Assembly (NCBI RefSeq): GCF_030144855.1
Contig: NW_026779730.1
Span: forward strand, 1-64,000
DNA: 64,000 nt
From: Hypanus sabinus
Taxonomy: Eukaryota
Direction of reading: 5' to 3'
The notes under the pieces are model-generated. The model was not told where the DNA came from. It made no database searches and saw nothing but the letters and a program-made list of their open reading frames with translations. Below are positions 59,290 through 64,000 of the stretch, piece by piece. Numbering within the stretch: position 1 is the first letter of the stretch; each line of letters begins with the position of its first letter. Both the position numbers and the translations under genes were made by a program.

Positions 59290-61457
59290 CAGAGGGAGAT
59301 TCTGACTCCAGGGGTGTGAGACAGGACGATGTGGAGGGAGATTCACTCTGTGTCTGACCCGGGAGTGTGTGATGGGACGGTGTGGAGGGAGATTCACTTT
59401 GTGTCTGACCCCCGGAGTGTGTGATGGAACAGTGTGGAGGGAGATTCACTCTGTGTCTGACGCCAGGAGTGTGAGATGGGACGGTGTGGAGGGAGCTTCA
59501 CTCTGTGTCTGACCCCGGGAGTGTGAGATGGGACGGTGTGGAGGGAGCTTCACTCTGTGTCTGACCCCGGGAGTGTGTGATGGGACGGTGTGGAGGGAGA
59601 TTCACTCTGTGTCTGACCCCGGGAGTGTGTGATGGGACGGTGTGGAGGGAGATTCACTCTGTGTCTGACCCCGGGAGTGTGTGATGGGACTGTGTGGAGG
59701 GAGATTCACTCTGTTTCTGACCCCGGGAGTGTGTGATGGGACGGTGTGGAGGGAGATTCACTCTGTTTCTGACCCCGGGAGTGTGTGATGGGACGATGTG
59801 GAGGGAGATTCACTCTGTGTCTGACCCTGGGTGTGTGTGATGGGACGGTGTGGAGGGAGCTTCACTCTGTGTCTGATCCCAGGAGTGTGTGATGGGACGG
59901 TGTGGAGGGAGATTCACTCTGTGTCTGACCCTGGGAGTGTGTGATGGGATGGTGTGGAGGGAGATTCACTCTGTGTCCGACCCCGGGAGTGTGTGATGGG
60001 ACGGTGTGGAGGGAGCTTCACTCTGTGTCTGATCCCAGGAGTGTGTGATGGGACGGTGTGGAGGGAGATTCACCCTGTGTCTGACCCTGGGAGTGTGTGA
60101 TGGGACGGTGTGGAGGGAGATTCACTCTGTGTCTGTCCCCGGGAGTGTGTGATGGGACGGTGTGGAGGGAGATTCACTGTGTGTCTGACCCCGGGAGTGT
60201 GTGATGGGACGGTGTGGAGGGAGATTCACTGTGTGTCTGACCCCGGGAGTGTGTGATGGGACGGTGTGGAGGGAGATTCACTGTGTGTCTGATCCCGGGA
60301 GTGTGTGATGGGACGGTGTGGAGTGAGATTCACTCTGTGTCCGACCCCGGGAGTGTGTGATGGGATGGTGTGGAGGGAGCTTCACTGTGTGTCTGATCCC
60401 AGGAGTGTGTGATGGGACGGTGTGGAGGGAGATTCACTGTGTGTCTGACCCCGGGAGTGTGTGATGGGATGGTGTGGAGGGAGATTCACTGTGTGTCTGA
60501 CCCCGGGAGTGTGTGATGGGATGGTGTGGAGGGTGATTCACTCTGTGTCTGACCCCGTGAGTGTGTGATGGGACGGTGTGGAGGGAGATTCACTCTGTGT
60601 CTGACCCTGGGAGTGTGTGATGGGACAGTGTGGAGGGAGATTCACTCTGTGTCTGACCCCGGGAGCGTGTGATGGGACGGTGTGGAGTAAGATTCACTCT
60701 GTGTCTGACCCCGGGAGTGTGTGATGGGACGGTGTGGAGGGAGATTCACTCTGTGTCTGACCCTGGGAGTGTGTGATGGGACAGTGTGGAGGGAGATTCA
60801 CTCTGTGTCTGACCCCGGGAGCGTGTGATGGGACGGTGTGGAGGAAGATTCACTCTGTGTCTGACCCCGGGAGTGTGTGATGGGACGGTGTGGAGGGAGA
60901 TTCACTCTGTGTCTGACCCCGGGAGTGTGTGATGGGACGGTGTGGAGGGAGATTCACTCTGTGTCTGACCCCGGGAGTGTGTGATGGGACGGTGTGGAGG
61001 GAGATTCACTCTGTGTCTGACCCCGGGAGTGTGTGATGGGACGGTGTGGAGGGAGATTCACTCTGTATCTGACCCCGGGAGTGAGTGATGGGACGGTGTG
61101 GAGGGAGATTCACTCTGTGTCTGACCCCGGGAGTGTGTGATGGGACGGTGTGGAGGGAGATTCACTCTGTGTCTGACCCAGGGAGTGTGTGATGGGACGG
61201 TGTGGAGGGAGATTCACTCTGTGTCTGACCCCGGGAGTGTGTGATGGGACGGTGTGGAGGGAGATTCACTCTGTGTCTGACCCAGGGAGTGTGTGATGGG
61301 ACGGTGTGGAGGGAGATTCATTCTGTGTCTGACCCCGGGAGTGTGTGATGGGATGGTGTGGAGGGAGATTCACTCTGTGTCTGACCCAGGGAGTGTGTGA
61401 TGGGACGGTGTGGTGGGAGCGCCACCTAGTGTCCGACCCCGGGAGTGTGTGATGGGG
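59290..61457 (+). repeat. 52-bp minisatellite, ~41 units
   Basis: Homogeneous tandem array filling most of ARMC5 intron 4. Confidence 0.98.
61418..61434 (-). promoter_or_regulatory. CTCF-like motif in the last minisatellite unit
   Basis: Minus strand GGACACTAGGTGGCGCT resembles the CTCF core CCACYAGRKGGCGC. Confidence 0.55.
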
Positions 61458-62051
61458 TCATAGGAAGTGCGGCAGGATGGTCAGAGATGGAGAGACGAGC
61501 GCAGATGGAAGCTGTAAATCAACTGTGTAATTGTCAGTGTGGAAGTAAAATTGGGGAGACTTTTCTGTTTCAAATCATTGTTCTGTTGCACCCTCTGCGT
61601 AGTCAGGAATCAAAGCATTCAATCCACAGACATGATTCCTCAGTGACCCCTTTTCACTGACTGTATCCTCACTGACGTTAACCCAGCTCTTTTTCGTGGC
61701 TTCTTGTGACCCCTCTCCCCCAGTGCCTTGTGTCACTGACTGTTTAATGGGACAATCCTTCTCGAATCCCTGACTTGGATGTCAAGTTAGTTTGGAATTT
61801 TGGTAAGGAGAATTAATTAACGTGTAATTTTTTTCATCTCTCACCCCTCCACCTACTTCTCTCTTCCATCCCCCACCCGCTCTTCCACTTCCCTCTATCC
61901 CTCCACCTCTCTCCTCCCTCCCTACTCATAACAATTCCCTTCCTCTGGTTCCCTCACCTCTCCCTTACTGTTTGTCCATCCTTCCACCCTCCACTACTCT
62001 CTGCTACCACCCTCTTCCACCTACCAATCCCCCTTGCCCCCTCCCCCCCAG

Positions 62052-62521
62052 GTCCTGGCTGGTGTCCGAGGGCTACATCGAGGGCCCCTCTGACCTCTCG
62101 CCTGCTCCTGCGACTGAGCCTGACCCCTTTCCCCCTCCCCCTCTCCCCCTCTCCCCACCTCATACTGAGGATGAATGCTCGACTCCTCACCTCGTCTGCA
62201 CCCCTCCCCCTTCACCGGAGACTCCGGCCCTCCTCCTGTTATCACGTTACTCGCAGGCTGAGGAGCCACCTCCGGGCCTGCTGGCGGAGGGCAGCTTGCG
62301 AAGGCTGCTGGAGTACTTGGGGTTGGGCCGGCTGGGGGCTCCTCGCTGTTTCCGCCTCCTCTCTCGCCTGTTCTGCAACCCCAACTGCCTGGAGCCCCTG
62401 ATCCGGTCCCGGGCTCCACTCCTGGTCCGGGCCCACCTGATCCGTGGGCTGCGCCTCGAGGACCTGCGGCCTGTGAGGGAGGAACGAGGAGGAGGGGCGT
62501 GCCGCTGGCTCAGACAACTTG
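62052..62521 (+). CDS. ARMC5: ARMC5 exon 5
   Basis: SWLVSEGY..PALLLLSRYSQA..RLFCNPNCLE..RQLG; phase 2-1. Confidence 0.96.
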
Positions 62522-63185
62522 GTGAGTTTCCCTCCCGTCCTGTCAATCTGTTCAACAGTCGGCCGGTTCCCACCCCGCCTGTCTTGTAATTCTCTGTCTG
62601 TCTCATCACATGTCACTTCTTTCACTTCAGGGAAACAGTCCCAGCCCTATCCAGTCTCTTCTCATCCCTGAAGCCTTCCAGTCCCGGGAATTTCTTCGTA
62701 GGTCTTTCTTGCATTCTCTGCAGCTCCCGAGCCCTCTGTAGCTGGGCGATCAGAACTGCACACGATAGTCAGGAAAAACCACTCCCTGCACGTCCACCTG
62801 TCAGAGAGCCGTCTCATGTCCACCCCAGCACCATGCTTCTGGAGGAAATGGTACAGCTGTCTCCTCCCCGGTTATAATCCAACACACTTCCGTCAGGTCT
62901 CCTCTCAGCCTGCACTGCTCCAACGTTGTCCAACCTCTTGTCCCTAAGCCAGGCAGCATCCTCTGCACTCTCCCCAAAGTACTCCCACACCCTTCCAGAA
63001 CTGAGTGATATGGTCTGGCCAGAGTTTTAAAAAGCTGTAATGTAATTTCATGACTTTTGAACTCAATGCCTTCACTAATAAAGGCAAACCTGCGGGAGCT
63101 GTGGACTTGGACTCTCTGAACCTGATCGACTGGAACCATGCAGGGTGTGTATTGCCCCCACTGACCCTCTGACTCTGCCCACCAG

Positions 63186-63318
63186 GAGAGGTGCTGCTAC
63201 AGAACCTGGGGGCCCAGGCGGAGTCTGCGTTCGGGGTCGGCACCCTGGCCCACCTGCTACTGTCTGGGACAGAGCCAGATCGTGTGTCGTGCGCCATAGC
63301 CCTCCCACTCCTCTGCAG
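63186..63318 (+). CDS. ARMC5: ARMC5 exon 6 (gene continues beyond the window; BTB exon absent)
   Basis: [45 protein letters not shown] (human [28 protein letters not shown]); 133 nt; this frame is not in the ORF track. Confidence 0.95.
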
Positions 63319-64000
63319 GTGAGTCCGGCCTTCCGGGGGGATGGTGTGAGAGCTCCTGTCCCCAACTCCCACCCAGTGAGGCCCTTCCACAACTTCCCTG
63401 CCCCCAGCCCCCCCCCCCCCCCCCCCCCCCAATGGGCTCCTGACTGCCTGCACACATCTTCCCATGGGCACATCGCTCTGGGCAGGGATGGAGGTCTCTG
63501 TGAATCGAGGGACAGAGGGACTCAGTGTACAAGGGTAGGACACACACTGTGAGTGGAAGGGAGTATAGAGGGTCAGAGGGACACTGGTGTCCATCAGTCA
63601 GGGCACTGAGTACAGGAGTTGGGGCATTAAGTTGCACAAGATGCTGGTGACTCAGAACTGTTCTGTTTTGGTCGCCCTGCTGTGGGAAAGTTGCTGTTAA
63701 CCTTGAAAGAGTGCAGAGGGGAACTACGAGGATGTTGCTGGGACTGAGTTTGGGGAGAGGTTCATGCTTCATGGGACTTTATTCCTTGGAGTGTAGGAGA
63801 CTGCAGGTGACCTTGGGGGTTTATAAAATCATAGAGTGAATGGAAAGAGACCGTGGAATATAGAATGTGAAACAGGGAAAGTGGAATAGTGTCACATCAC
63901 ACATTCCAGGCTTGGGGAAGCAGGAACTAGGGGGTTCAGGTTTAAGAAGAGAGTGAAGAGGTTTAATAGGAACCTGAGGGGCAACTTTTTCACCGAGAGG

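Noticed and set aside
59290-61457. CRISPR-like array
   Set aside because: The units are contiguous with no unique spacers, the context is a eukaryotic intron, and there are no cas genes.
63408-63430. Long C/G homopolymers (also ~3533, 5914, 15381, 25438, 54599)
   Set aside because: These are common simple repeats and their lengths are unreliable in assemblies.

Overview
Eukaryotic, intron-rich vertebrate DNA. The repeat landscape (abundant CR1 LINEs, RTE fragments, tRNA-SINEs, Penelope-type terminal repeats, two dispersed minisatellite families) points to a cartilaginous fish, probably a ray; this is an inference. Three genes can be rebuilt exon by exon with consistent splice phases. (1) CD2BP2 (+, 20752-26495, 6 coding exons, 345 aa). 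(2) A cytosolic SULT1-type sulfotransferase (-, 40755-31833, 7 coding exons, 309 aa). (3) ARMC5 (+, from 50008, 6 exons in the window; the BTB exon lies beyond it). CD2BP2, the SULT1A cluster and ARMC5 are all human 16p11.2 genes. The probable 3' exons of an unidentified gene lie at about 3.8-5.7 kb. Mobile elements include a full-length, young Gmr1-like Ty3/Gypsy element (6566-13068; integrase before RT, SCAN-like Gag, tRNA-Pro PBS, CTAC TSD), three solo LTRs with 4-bp TSDs nested in older repeats, two inverted near-full-length CR1 copies flanking the ARMC5 5' end, and RTE fragments. Most notable observations: the CD2BP2 GYF signature reads DFF; a 45-bp minisatellite whose unit mimics a complete 3' splice site runs into a real CD2BP2 acceptor; a 52-bp minisatellite ends in a unit carrying a CTCF-like motif; Penelope-derived minimal hammerhead ribozyme motifs; a dense ZNF143/THAP11 plus phased CCAAT promoter at ARMC5; and a 31-nt ARMC5 microexon. 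I found no convincing wholly new multi-gene system.
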